In this document: positions 41,358 through 50,518 of the stretch, piece by piece
Layout of the letters: each line of letters begins with the position of its first letter
Numbering within the stretch: the stretch's first letter is position 1
Program-made: the position numbers and the translations under genes
NCBI GenBank assembly: GCA_040222015.1
Contig: JAVJWO010000040.1
Span: forward strand, 102,548-166,547
DNA from: Coleofasciculus chthonoplastes F2-STO-03
GTDB taxonomy: Bacteria; Cyanobacteriota; Cyanobacteriia; Cyanobacteriales; Coleofasciculaceae
Direction of reading: 5' to 3'
Length of the DNA stretch: 64,000 nucleotides
Notes under the pieces: generated by a model
Told to the model about the DNA's origin: nothing
Seen by the model: only the letters and a program-made list of their open reading frames with translations
Databases searched by the model: none

Positions 41358-41702
41358 CTATTGCAAGAAACCCTCTGCTGCTAATAATCCTACAGAAAAG
41401 AGTACGGTAGCCATTAGCGAAAAAACCATCATCATGCCAGAAGGCATAAAGCTGCGGGTGCGGAAAAGGCGAATAATAAAAACGATAAATAACACTAGAG
41501 AAATTAATGTGGCGAGTCCGAGTCCCATAATGGGGATAATCCGGCAAAGCCACCAAGCCACCAACAGTCCTAAACCACTACTGATACCCGAAATTAGGGA
41601 TTTTTGGCTTTTGGCTTTGACATACCCGATTACGCCACCCACCAAAACGAGTAAAGCGTAGATTAAAACAAATCCGGTAATAATTGGCAATAAGTTGTTC
41701 AT
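41358..41702 (-). CDS. TMEM14 family membrane protein
   Basis: YALLVLVGGVIGYVKAKSQKSLISG, R...TRSFMPSG. Confidence 0.85.
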   Translation of the reverse strand: MNNLLPIITGFVLIYALLVLVGGVIGYVKAKSQKSLISGISSGLGLLVAWWLCRIIPIMGLGLATLISLVLFIVFIIRLFRTRSFMPSGMMMVFSLMATVLFSVGLLAAEGFLQ

Positions 41703-41924
41703 GTTAGGAAAATTTTGCTGGATATCAAGACTGACGATCCACTAATTTATCGTATTAATTATACTCGCTTTAGCGCTACCTAGGAGGAGGCAGAAGGGTT
41801 CTTACGGATACCTTCTCGTTTCAGCCGTAGAAAGTCTTAACCTGGAGGGCGACAGCTATATCTGCTTTGTCGTCTAGGGTTAACGGGTGAGTTGCTTCCG
41901 CCGCGCTATTCTAGTAAATCACAC

Positions 41925-41950
41925 AAAAACGACTGCCCTTTACGGCAGCC
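41925..41950 (-). terminator. Probable intrinsic terminator downstream of DUF760 gene
   Basis: Minus strand GGCTGCC-GTAAAG-GGCAGTC followed by GTTTTT. Confidence 0.5.
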
Positions 41951-42028
41951 CAATCCCCCGCCTCCCGTCTTCATTAGACGGGGGAATAGCTTTTCCATGA
42001 CTCTATTAGACTTTTACTTCGAATGAGT

Positions 42029-42397
42029 TTAGAGGGAAGAACCGTTAGAGTGGTCGTTGTAATGGGATTGCCCATGCCAATTTATGGTGTCAGTCATATT
42101 GTCTTCTAGTTCCATGCGTTGTTCCATGCGACGCAGAAAATAGCCCGTCATCATCGCCGAAGCCAACAATCCAGCTAAGTTTTCGCGATCTGTGGTAACT
42201 TGTACATTGAAACTCTCAGACGGAAGCATACCCACCAGTCCCTGGACATTCTGAGAAATGATTTGCTGAATTTCCGGGCTGGCAGATTTGGCAACCTGGG
42301 ACAGCACATCGGGGGATTGGTGTTGGAGATAGCTCAGGAGTTGGTTGGTTGCGTCATCTTCAGGGGGAGAATTGAGGAAGTCAGAGTTAAATACCAT
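42029..42397 (-). CDS. DUF760 domain protein
   Basis: LLSYLQHQSPDVL, ISQNVQGLVGMLP, ENLAGLLASAMMTGYFLRRMEQR. Confidence 0.88.
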   Translation of the reverse strand: MVFNSDFLNSPPEDDATNQLLSYLQHQSPDVLSQVAKSASPEIQQIISQNVQGLVGMLPSESFNVQVTTDRENLAGLLASAMMTGYFLRRMEQRMELEDNMTDTINWHGQSHYNDHSNGSSL

Positions 42398-42566
42398 TAG
42401 AAATTAAAAGATGTGACTTACTTGTTTCTACTCTAAACGATTGTACTAGCTACCGACTTGGTGCTTTGGTTCAACAGTCCTAATTCTTAAGGAAGAAATT
42501 CAGGATTGTCCTTGGGGCTGAAGGATAAGATCAGATGAAGTGGTGCTTAAGATGGAGAAGTAGTGC

Positions 42567-43058
42567 TTAAGATTGAGAGGATGTGCGTAGGGACGGTAGG
42601 AGGTTATCGAGTTCAAAGTGTTGATGAAATTTATTGGTGACTTGCAACCAGTAGGAACGACCATCGGTTTGTCGGCGTCTGCTGACAAATCCTAGGGAGA
42701 TGAGTTCTTGAACATGTTGATACGCACCACTACCGCGTAAGTCGATCAGTTCAGTTTGAGCAATAGGTTGTTTGATTGCGATCGCCGCTAAGGTTCTCAA
42801 TGCTCCTACACCTAATTCAGCAGGCACTAGACTTTGCATTAACGTAGCAAATGAAGCCCGTAACTGCAAGCTATAGCCCTTTGGTGTCTCGACGACTTCT
42901 AGGGCGCTGTCTCGATAGGCATAGTCTGACATCAGTTCAATTAAAGCATCTTCTACCGCCTCGCGATCGCATCGGGCACACTCAGCAATTTCCGCCAGGG
43001 ACAAGGGTTTGCCCTTTAAGTATAGAATCGCTTCAATTTGGGTCGCTAAACGAGGCAT
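42567..43058 (-). CDS. scpB: SMC-ScpAB complex subunit ScpB
   Basis: IEAILY, LRTLAAIA..QPI...ELIDLRG, TNKF..HFEL. Confidence 0.92.
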   Translation of the reverse strand: MPRLATQIEAILYLKGKPLSLAEIAECARCDREAVEDALIELMSDYAYRDSALEVVETPKGYSLQLRASFATLMQSLVPAELGVGALRTLAAIAIKQPIAQTELIDLRGSGAYQHVQELISLGFVSRRRQTDGRSYWLQVTNKFHQHFELDNLLPSLRTSSQS

Positions 43059-43294
43059 TGGGGATTGGGGACCTTTTGAGTGTTGAATGTGTAGGGGCGG
43101 GTTTAGGGAATTCGCTCAAGCTGTTGACGATAATTTGGATTCAAAACCCGCCCTCTTCCCTTATTGAGTTGTGGGTGTGTAGGGGCGGGTTTTACCGATA
43201 ACGCTTTGGCTCAAACCACTAACTTAAGTAAACCCGCCCCGACCAAGTCCGAGAATTTTGAGTGATTGGGGATTGGCAAGTACCGATATGCTCA

Positions 43295-44170
43295 TCAATC
43301 GAGTTGTCGTCCCGTTAGTTCCACAAAGATATCTTCTAAATTTGAGGGACGAACCATCATACCCGTTTTATCCGGTAAGCTGTCAAGGTAGGCATTGGCA
43401 TCGTCTAGAGTCGGAAAGAACTTATACTCGAAGCGATCGCCAATTTGTTTCATCAGCAACCCTTCGCCATGGTTAGCTTTCAGTTGTTGCAGGGTTCCCA
43501 GTTCAATTAGCTTACCACAGTCCATAATACCGATGCGTCCCGGCTGACTTGTCCCATAGGCATCACACAACACCTCCACCTCGTCCATATAATGTGTCGT
43601 CAGCAGCATAGTCATCCCTTGGCGGTTTAAATCGCGAATAATCTCCCACAGGCGGCGACGGGTTTGGGGATCAAGTCCCACCGTGGGTTCATCTAAAAAT
43701 AGAATTTTGGGTTGGTGCAGTAGCGCCCTAGCAATTTGCAGGCGACGCTTCATCCCACCCGATAGGGTTTTGACGGGCGAATCCCGCCTTTGGGCTAATT
43801 CTACGTACTCCAACCACTGGTTAATTAGGGTTTGCCGTCGGGGATTGGTAATGTGGTGCAAACGTCCGTGGAGTTCCATATTCTCCCAAACGGTCAGGTC
43901 GTTATCAACACTGGTTTGTTGCAACACGACGCCGATATTTTGCTTAACCTCAGCCGGTTGGCGCACCACATTATAACCCGCAATCTCAATTTGCCCTTCG
44001 GTGGGTCGGGTTAAAGTGGTTAACATACGAATCGTCGTCGATTTCCCCGCACCGTTGGGACCGAGTAGACCAAATATCTCTCCCGATTCGATAGTGAAGG
44101 AGAGGTCATTAACCACAGGAATTTTATCGTAGGTTTTTTGGACGTGTTGGACACAAACAGCAGAGGACAT
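43295..44170 (-). CDS. ABC transporter ATP-binding protein (ABC-2/NodI-like)
   Basis: GPNGAGKST, LSGGMKRR, LFLDEPTVGLD, LTTHYM. Confidence 0.92.
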   Translation of the reverse strand: MSSAVCVQHVQKTYDKIPVVNDLSFTIESGEIFGLLGPNGAGKSTTIRMLTTLTRPTEGQIEIAGYNVVRQPAEVKQNIGVVLQQTSVDNDLTVWENMELHGRLHHITNPRRQTLINQWLEYVELAQRRDSPVKTLSGGMKRRLQIARALLHQPKILFLDEPTVGLDPQTRRRLWEIIRDLNRQGMTMLLTTHYMDEVEVLCDAYGTSQPGRIGIMDCGKLIELGTLQQLKANHGEGLLMKQIGDRFEYKFFPTLDDANAYLDSLPDKTGMMVRPSNLEDIFVELTGRQLD

Positions 44171-44239
44171 CCGGTCTGACTCATCGTAGGACAACTTTAC
44201 ATTTCATCATATCTTGGCAGTCATCTTGGTGAGTGGCAC

Positions 44240-44325
44240 GGCGATTGAAATCGCTGCTACACAAACTTGCGTCCGCATGCGCGGACTGGGTTATAACAGG
44301 GGTAGCGTTCCCCGGATTTGGTATA
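44240..44325. repeat. REP-like element, AGTCCGC..GCGGAC family (related copies ~56545-56632, ~24558-24605, ~3238-3290, ~33222-33270)
   Basis: Shared GCGATTTCAATCGC and GTCCGCGCAGGCGGAC-like hairpins. Confidence 0.7.
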
Positions 44326-44535
44326 ACTCACGAACTTTGTTGGTAACAACGTCCCATACAATATCGTAATCAACGCCGAAGTAGTTATGGATTAAGCGGT
44401 CACGCATTCCCGCGATCGCACGCCATTCAACGGCATTCAATTGTGGTATAGTTCTGACTTAGTGTATCGGGTAGTTGTTTAACCGCTTCGCCAGTGACTT
44501 CTATGCTCCTAACCTAAGCCCGCTTCAAGGTTTTG
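44323..44535 (-). pseudogene. DUF86/HepT-like HEPN ribonuclease remnant
   Basis: Manual translation KTLKRA*VRSIEVTGEAVKQLP... (frameshift) EWRAIAGMRDRLIHNYFGVDYDIVWDVV; RxxxxH motif. Confidence 0.8.
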
Positions 44536-44591
44536 ATTAAATTTGGCACTAAACAATAACTTATACTTAAATACACCGATTGCACGCAAAC

Positions 44592-45341
44592 TTAAAGGAT
44601 TTGGTGAATAGTCTCAACAACCTGCTCAACAAAATTAACTGCATCGCTGACGAGAACTTCATCAATGTACCAGCGGCTTCCAATATTATATGTAGGATCT
44701 ATATCAGCTTCATGAGCAATTTTGTTTCTACGATCAACTATCGCACTCAGTTGTTGTTTAACATCTTTGGCGGATCTGCCCAACTTCTGAGCAACCTCTT
44801 CCCACAATTTATTATCTGAAATTAGTCGCATGGCATCGGCTATTTTTTCGGGTTGCTGAAAGCTTTGATAGCTAAGACGTTCTCGAACTTCATCTTCTAG
44901 CCAAGAGGCATTATTCAGTCTGTTCAAAACACTATTTGATATAACTGGGAGCAAAGCTGAGACTGTGTGAGATTGCTGCAAAAATGAGGAACCTTGACTT
45001 TGTTGGATTTCATTCTCTAACCAGGATGCAATATCCATCGCAATCAATCGTTCTTGGCGTGCGCCACCTAGGGAAACTTGAAAACGAGAAAATGCAGATT
45101 GAGAACTGTTGCGTGGAGGATTAGGTTCGGAACGCTGACCCCTGTGAATCTCTAGCATTCCTAGTGTTACAACTTCATGGACATAGTAATCCAAGGCGCT
45201 CACAGCTAGAACTAGAGCAGCTCTCAAAATATCTGACAAATCTAGGGCAGGAGTGGATTGAGCCTTGACAGAGTTGTGAATAGAAATCAGATCTCGAACA
45301 CGAGCAATGCTGATTCGGAATTGATCAAGCGCTGACTGCAT
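44592..45341 (-). CDS. HEPN domain protein (RiboL-PSP-HEPN / MAE_28990-like)
   Basis: DILRAALVLAVSALDYYVHE N-terminal motif, SFQ, IVDRRNKIAHEAD (RxxxxH). Confidence 0.85.
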   Translation of the reverse strand: MQSALDQFRISIARVRDLISIHNSVKAQSTPALDLSDILRAALVLAVSALDYYVHEVVTLGMLEIHRGQRSEPNPPRNSSQSAFSRFQVSLGGARQERLIAMDIASWLENEIQQSQGSSFLQQSHTVSALLPVISNSVLNRLNNASWLEDEVRERLSYQSFQQPEKIADAMRLISDNKLWEEVAQKLGRSAKDVKQQLSAIVDRRNKIAHEADIDPTYNIGSRWYIDEVLVSDAVNFVEQVVETIHQIL

Positions 45342-46398
45342 AGGAAGGAGAAGTGAGTCCTATAATCTTATCGGCTAAATCCGAAAATGTGCTTTCAAAT
45401 TGTTCTTGCTTCTCTTGAGCCTTTTCTAAAACCTTGCCCTGCCATTTAGCAGAACGTAATTGCTCAGGTGTCAAGGCATAGACGGGTGTTTGATGCTCCT
45501 GTGACAGAGCGATTAAACTATTAAATTCGGGAATTTTCGTAAGAGTGTAACTTTGATCAATACCATTCTCCCTATAAAGTTGTTCAGGAAGCATCATGTT
45601 ATTTTGCCTCAGAACGGGAATCAAATTTTTAGCAATATCCTGTTCAATTCTTTGCATCCATGTTTCAAGAGCAGCAGTTTCCTTGCCGCGAATGATCCGA
45701 AATTCTTGAACAATAGTACCTAAAAAGCGTAGTGTAATATCAGGAAATGGATAGGAAGATTCTTTCAAAATAGGAAGTGAACTAGCTTGTTTGGCCCAGG
45801 CGTACCATTTGGGTAGAACTTTAGCTAACGAATCAATTGCCATTACCGAAAAGAAATCGGCAGTAGTAGGCACTATAAAAAAGTCACTGGTCATTAGTAA
45901 ATTTTGATTGATTGATCCTAAGCTTGGACTCATATCAATCAAAAGATAATCTGCACTAAACTTTTCAGCAGTTTTATTCAATAAATCTGGAATAGAGCCG
46001 GGTAAGTTTTTGAGAGCCTGAATTGAGCCACTTAGCTCTTGAGCAATTCCCAATGTGACTTCATATTCCGCAAAACCCACATGACCAGGTAGTAAAAACA
46101 GTCCATCTTGTCCCTCAATGGGAATGCAGTCTACTGCCTCAATAGCCCTTGGCTGTGACTCAAAAGCTGGTGCTAGCCCTGTTCTAATATTTGAATGGGT
46201 ATTGTAAATCGCCTCAATTCTTGCCTCGTCGCTCTCTGTTCCTTGTCCTAAAGCCATACCCGTTAGATTACACTGGGGGTCAGTATCTACAAGAATTACT
46301 GTTTTTCCCTTTGAGGCAAGCATCCAACCAAGATTAAATGTGGTTGTAGTCTTACTGACTCCGCCTTTGTGATTAAAGAGGGCTATTTTTTGAACCAT
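45325..46398 (-). CDS. ParA/Soj-family ATPase
   Basis: FNHKGGVSKTT deviant Walker A, VDTDPQCNLT, LIDMSPSLG Walker B. Confidence 0.9.
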   Translation of the reverse strand: MVQKIALFNHKGGVSKTTTTFNLGWMLASKGKTVILVDTDPQCNLTGMALGQGTESDEARIEAIYNTHSNIRTGLAPAFESQPRAIEAVDCIPIEGQDGLFLLPGHVGFAEYEVTLGIAQELSGSIQALKNLPGSIPDLLNKTAEKFSADYLLIDMSPSLGSINQNLLMTSDFFIVPTTADFFSVMAIDSLAKVLPKWYAWAKQASSLPILKESSYPFPDITLRFLGTIVQEFRIIRGKETAALETWMQRIEQDIAKNLIPVLRQNNMMLPEQLYRENGIDQSYTLTKIPEFNSLIALSQEHQTPVYALTPEQLRSAKWQGKVLEKAQEKQEQFESTFSDLADKIIGLTSPSYAVSA

Positions 46399-46497
46399 TG
46401 CACTTACTATTGCCTCTTAGTCCTCCAACTTTAGACTTTAGTATAGCGTAAGCCTGACTTTTCCAAACTTACTCTGCCAAACTGTTAGTTTAATCGC

Positions 46498-47808
46498 TTA
46501 TCTAGTTTGCAAACTTGACTCAATTGGATAATCCTTTGATACTGGAATTGGTTCTACCAGCGATAAGCCCAACAAGCGCAGACTCCAACGCTCAAACCAA
46601 GGTACAGATAACCCCCATCGCATCTTGGTTAAGAAAAATCGCTCAAAGGCAATCTTTAACCAGCTTACCCAACGACCCCGTTTTGCGATCGCACGGCGTC
46701 GTTGACCTGTTTTGGGATTAGGCAAAACGGGATCAGCTAAGAATAGAATTCCTGTATCACCAAAATCCGCCATACAAATCGCTGCCAAAGTTGGCGTCAC
46801 CGGTGCAGCTTGAATCACACCCAATTCTCTAGCAATGTTGTGCGCCACCGCCATACCCATCGCCTCCGCCATTTGCCCCGTTTTTGGCACACCGATAGGC
46901 AAAGGAGTCTTTTCCGGTGGCGATAACTGCACCACCACGCCTGCACTATAGATAGAGGGAAATGAGGGATGCTGATACGTCGGTAATACAGGTAGAAAAC
47001 CCTTCTCATCACTCAACCCAGGGACATCTCGGACAAAACGGGGTCCCCGGAACGGCGGTAGCAGCATGGCGTAATGGAAGGGTAGCCTATGACCTTCTGC
47101 TAAGGTGATCTGTTGGGGATAAATGGCAGTAATTTCAGCATTCTCAATCACCTCAATCTGCCGTTGACGCATTAATTCAGTCACCAATTCCGCCGAATCT
47201 GCCATACCCCCAATTCCCAAATGACCCGCATAGGGTTCTGGGGTGACAAACGTAATCGGTACTTGTTCTCGCAATCCTTGTCGCCGCAGTATCCAATCGG
47301 CTAATAGGGCAAATTCATAAGCCGGTCCCATACAACTCGCACCCGGAACCGCCCCCACCACCAAGGGTCCGGGATTTTCCAGAAATGTCGCCCACGCTTG
47401 TTTTGCCATTAAAGCATGGTGAGGATTGCACACCGATTGGGTGTAACCGCGATCGGGTCCTAATCCTGGTATGGCATCTAGCTCTAATTCTGCCCCGGTA
47501 GCAATCACTACATAGTCATAATCAATCGACCTGTCTCCCACCCTCAAACATTGAGCCTGGGGGTCAATACCCGTTACCTTACCTTGAACAAACTCAATTT
47601 GACGGGACTTGACCACAGAAGCAATATCTACTTGAATTCGCTGGAGTGGAGTTAAATTGAACGCAACCCACGGCAGAGAGGGAATAAAGGTAAATTTAGG
47701 TTTGTCACAAATTAACGTAATTCGGTGGACATGAGGCAGGAGATGCCGCAGTTCGTAAGCAGTGGGGAGTCCGCCAATACCCGCACCGACTACCACAATA
47801 TGAGCCAT
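46498..47808 (-). CDS. sqr: Sulfide:quinone oxidoreductase, type I
   Basis: GAGIGG FAD motif, FIPSLPWV, SVCNP, GASCMGPAYEF, VPKTGQM, AICMADFGDTG; 436 aa. Confidence 0.9.
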   Translation of the reverse strand: MAHIVVVGAGIGGLPTAYELRHLLPHVHRITLICDKPKFTFIPSLPWVAFNLTPLQRIQVDIASVVKSRQIEFVQGKVTGIDPQAQCLRVGDRSIDYDYVVIATGAELELDAIPGLGPDRGYTQSVCNPHHALMAKQAWATFLENPGPLVVGAVPGASCMGPAYEFALLADWILRRQGLREQVPITFVTPEPYAGHLGIGGMADSAELVTELMRQRQIEVIENAEITAIYPQQITLAEGHRLPFHYAMLLPPFRGPRFVRDVPGLSDEKGFLPVLPTYQHPSFPSIYSAGVVVQLSPPEKTPLPIGVPKTGQMAEAMGMAVAHNIARELGVIQAAPVTPTLAAICMADFGDTGILFLADPVLPNPKTGQRRRAIAKRGRWVSWLKIAFERFFLTKMRWGLSVPWFERWSLRLLGLSLVEPIPVSKDYPIESSLQTR

Positions 47809-48091
47809 AGTTACACCACGGTTTATTAAAACTATACAACTTTGTAACTATATTTACAATCTATCTGGATTGAGCAGCACCCCGCGAACGCGATATGCCA
47901 AAACGAAACACCTGTACCCTGTAGGGGCGACCCGCTTGTCATTGGTGTCCACTTAAGCGATAGCCCTCACCCCCAGCCCCTGAAACAGGTTAAGCACATC
48001 TCATGCAACTCATTACTTGACTAAATAGTAAGATAGTTATTAAGCTAGATAACAACTCGTAAATTTTTTTTACATAAATCGGAGGATATCC

Positions 48092-48625
48092 ATGGAAGAC
48101 AGTCTATCGATGCAAAGTCCCTCAATGTCTCGGCGACAGCTTCTTAACTTCCTCACCGGAGCAACCATCGCCGCCACAGCTAGCGCCGCCCTCTATCCAG
48201 CCGCTAAATTCTTTGTCCCACCACAGGAAGGGGGCGCAGATGGTTCGATTATCGCCAAAGATAAATTAGGGAATCCCATCCCCGTGTCCCAAATCGTCGC
48301 CCAAGGTGCAGGCGCCCGTGCTTTGGTTGCGGGTTTAGCAGGTGAACCGACGTATTTGACTGTTACCGACGATAACACCTTAGACTCAATCGGAATTGTC
48401 GATAACTGCACCCACTTAGGTTGTACCTTTCCTTGGAACAATATGGATCAACAATTTCAATGTCCCTGTCACGGGTCTCGTTATAGTCCAGATGGTTCGG
48501 TTGTCCGAGGTCCGGCTGACCGTCCCCTAAAACTGGTGCAGGTCAATATCGAAGGTGACTACATCCGCATAGCGCCTTGGACGGAAACTGATCCCCGCAC
48601 TGGGGAAACACCATGGTGGGTGTAA
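48092..48625 (+). CDS. petC: Cytochrome b6f Rieske iron-sulfur subunit (additional copy, not next to petA)
   Basis: SRRQLLNFL Tat leader, CTHLGC and CPCHGSRY Rieske boxes, [14 protein letters not shown]-terminus. Confidence 0.92.
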   Translation: MEDSLSMQSPSMSRRQLLNFLTGATIAATASAALYPAAKFFVPPQEGGADGSIIAKDKLGNPIPVSQIVAQGAGARALVAGLAGEPTYLTVTDDNTLDSIGIVDNCTHLGCTFPWNNMDQQFQCPCHGSRYSPDGSVVRGPADRPLKLVQVNIEGDYIRIAPWTETDPRTGETPWWV

Positions 48626-48962
48626 ACTTTAATCATTTTGTCTGATACCAAGTTTGTATGACGTTGCACTTTGACCCCACCGCCTACGGCACCTCCTCTT
48701 AGTAAGGGGAGGTTGGGAGGGGTGAATGAGTATTAGGTGCAATGTTACGAAGAAAGGGTAAGCTGTTCGGCATTTAAACATTAATGTCAACAATGGCGAA
48801 ATCCTTGTAGTGCGAGCATCTTGCTCGCTACCCATTCCCAATTTAAATGCATGACAGCTTATGAGATTTTGTTGCATTTCCGACGTTCCTATAGACTTTC
48901 GGTCAAAAATGTCTATGGAAACAGTAACACTATTGAGTTTTAACTTGAATTGGGAATAAATT

Positions 48963-49340
48963 ATGAATTCTGTATCCTCTTTCTCTCCTTCTGTCAAAGA
49001 CTGTTCTCCCCAAGAATTTGTCCACTCTCAAAATCAGCCTTTACTCATCGATGTCCGCAGTGGTTTTGAATATGCCATGGGTCACGCTCCCAGTGCAATA
49101 AACCTCAGCTTACCCCGCATTCTTATCGGCATAATCCCGATGTTTCACCGCTGGGTTTTACCGCAGTGGTTCCAAGATTTGCCCAAAGATAAACCCATTG
49201 CCGTTATTTGTTTAACTGCTCATCGCAGTCCCATTGCTGCCAAACAACTGGCTAAAGCGGGTTTTGCTAAGGTATTTAACATCACGGGCGGTATGGTGGA
49301 ATGGCGACGGTTAGGATTAGAGATTCAAACCAATTCGTAA
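48963..49340 (+). CDS. Single-domain rhodanese (sulfurtransferase)
   Basis: LIDVRS..EY..GH.P.AIN, active-site loop ICLTAHRS, GGMVEW. Confidence 0.9.
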   Translation: MNSVSSFSPSVKDCSPQEFVHSQNQPLLIDVRSGFEYAMGHAPSAINLSLPRILIGIIPMFHRWVLPQWFQDLPKDKPIAVICLTAHRSPIAAKQLAKAGFAKVFNITGGMVEWRRLGLEIQTNS

Positions 49341-49519
49341 GTGTAATGCTACTGACTTTAGAGTTTGTAGTAAGCGCTAAAGCGCTTCTGGCACTAAAGT
49401 GCCTAATACGAACCCAACTTAAGTCAGCGCCATTCTTCTTAAGTGAAGCTTTGATAGGAAACAATCCTGATGCTAACTTGCTACCATGAAAGTTCCCTAA
49501 TTGTAAATGGTGAATCATT

Positions 49520-50206
49520 ATGGTCTTAAAAATACAACCCTGTGCAAACTGGTATAAACAGTTATTTGCTTGGGGAATGGCGAAGGCAAACGCAGCCGAT
49601 GAAAATGCTATTCAATTAGCAAATTGCAGTAGCAATTCTACCCTAGCTCAACTCAAGCAGGCTTTATTTGCCGACTTGCAGGGTAAGGTTGTAGAAATTG
49701 GACCGGGGGCTGGGGCGAATTTGGCGTATTATCCCACTGACATCCATTGGATAGGCGTTGAACCGAATCCCTTTATGCATTCCTACCTGGAACAGGAAGC
49801 CGAACAGGTTGGGTTGAACCGGATTGATATAAAAAGTGGGTCGGCTGAACGGATTGATGTTGATGATAATAGCGTGGATGCTGTTGTCAGTACCTACGTC
49901 CTCTGTTCCGTAAGCAATCTTACCGCAACCGTGCAAGAAATCCGGCGAATTCTTAAGCCAGGGGGTCGCTTTTTGTTTGTTGAACATGTGGCGGCTGAAT
50001 GTGGCAGTTGGCAACGGCGGATTCAAGGTAGCATTGAGCCGATTTGGAAAACGGTGTTTGATGGGTGTCACCCGAATCGGGAAACCGGGCTGGCGTTAGA
50101 AAAGGCTGGATTTGAAAACCTAAATTATCAACAGTTTCAGGTTTATTTTCCAATTGTTAGCCCTCATATTTCTGGAGTAGCTACTAAAAGTAGAGATGTG
50201 TCATAA
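49520..50206 (+). CDS. Class I SAM-dependent methyltransferase (METTL7/TMT1-like)
   Basis: VEIGPGAGAN, VEPNPFM, VDAVVST.VLCSV, LKPGGRFLFVEHV, DGCHPNR. Confidence 0.85.
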   Translation: MVLKIQPCANWYKQLFAWGMAKANAADENAIQLANCSSNSTLAQLKQALFADLQGKVVEIGPGAGANLAYYPTDIHWIGVEPNPFMHSYLEQEAEQVGLNRIDIKSGSAERIDVDDNSVDAVVSTYVLCSVSNLTATVQEIRRILKPGGRFLFVEHVAAECGSWQRRIQGSIEPIWKTVFDGCHPNRETGLALEKAGFENLNYQQFQVYFPIVSPHISGVATKSRDVS

Positions 50207-50266
50207 CAGAATTTTGGCAAAAGCAAGTCTTGTTCGCTTTCTCTGTTCTCTAGAACCATTAAAACC

Positions 50267-50518
50267 ATGCAACTCACGAAAAAAAATTGCCTGAACGTCT
50301 GAATCATATTTACGATGCGATTGTCGTTGGCGGCGGCGCCGGTGGACTTTCTGCTGGAATCTACCTGCAACGATTTCGCCTTTCAAGCTTAATTATTGAT
50401 AAAGGCACAGCTCTATCACAATACTTATCTCCAAGGATTCAATTTAGATGTCAAGGGTAGTAATCTGATTACCGATAACATGGGGCGGACGTCTCACCCG
50501 CGAATTTTTGCGATTGGG
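50267..50518 (+). pseudogene. NAD(P)/FAD-dependent oxidoreductase (thioredoxin reductase-like) remnant
   Basis: ATG 50267, A8 frameshift, YDAIVVGGGAGGLSAGIYLQRFRLSSLIIDKG, then a jump to ITDNMGRTSHPRIFAIG, then IS4 sequence. Confidence 0.8.

Noticed and set aside
45325..46398. ParA as part of a partition system with scpB/smc
   Set aside because: No parB nearby, the protein is atypically long, and it is coupled to a HEPN gene instead.
47809..48091. ArsR/SqrR-type operator between sqr and petC
   Set aside because: Only weak AT-rich imperfect symmetry; I could not define a convincing inverted repeat.
48629..48997. 122-aa minus-strand ORF between petC and rhodanese
   Set aside because: Made mostly of two adjacent MITE-like elements.
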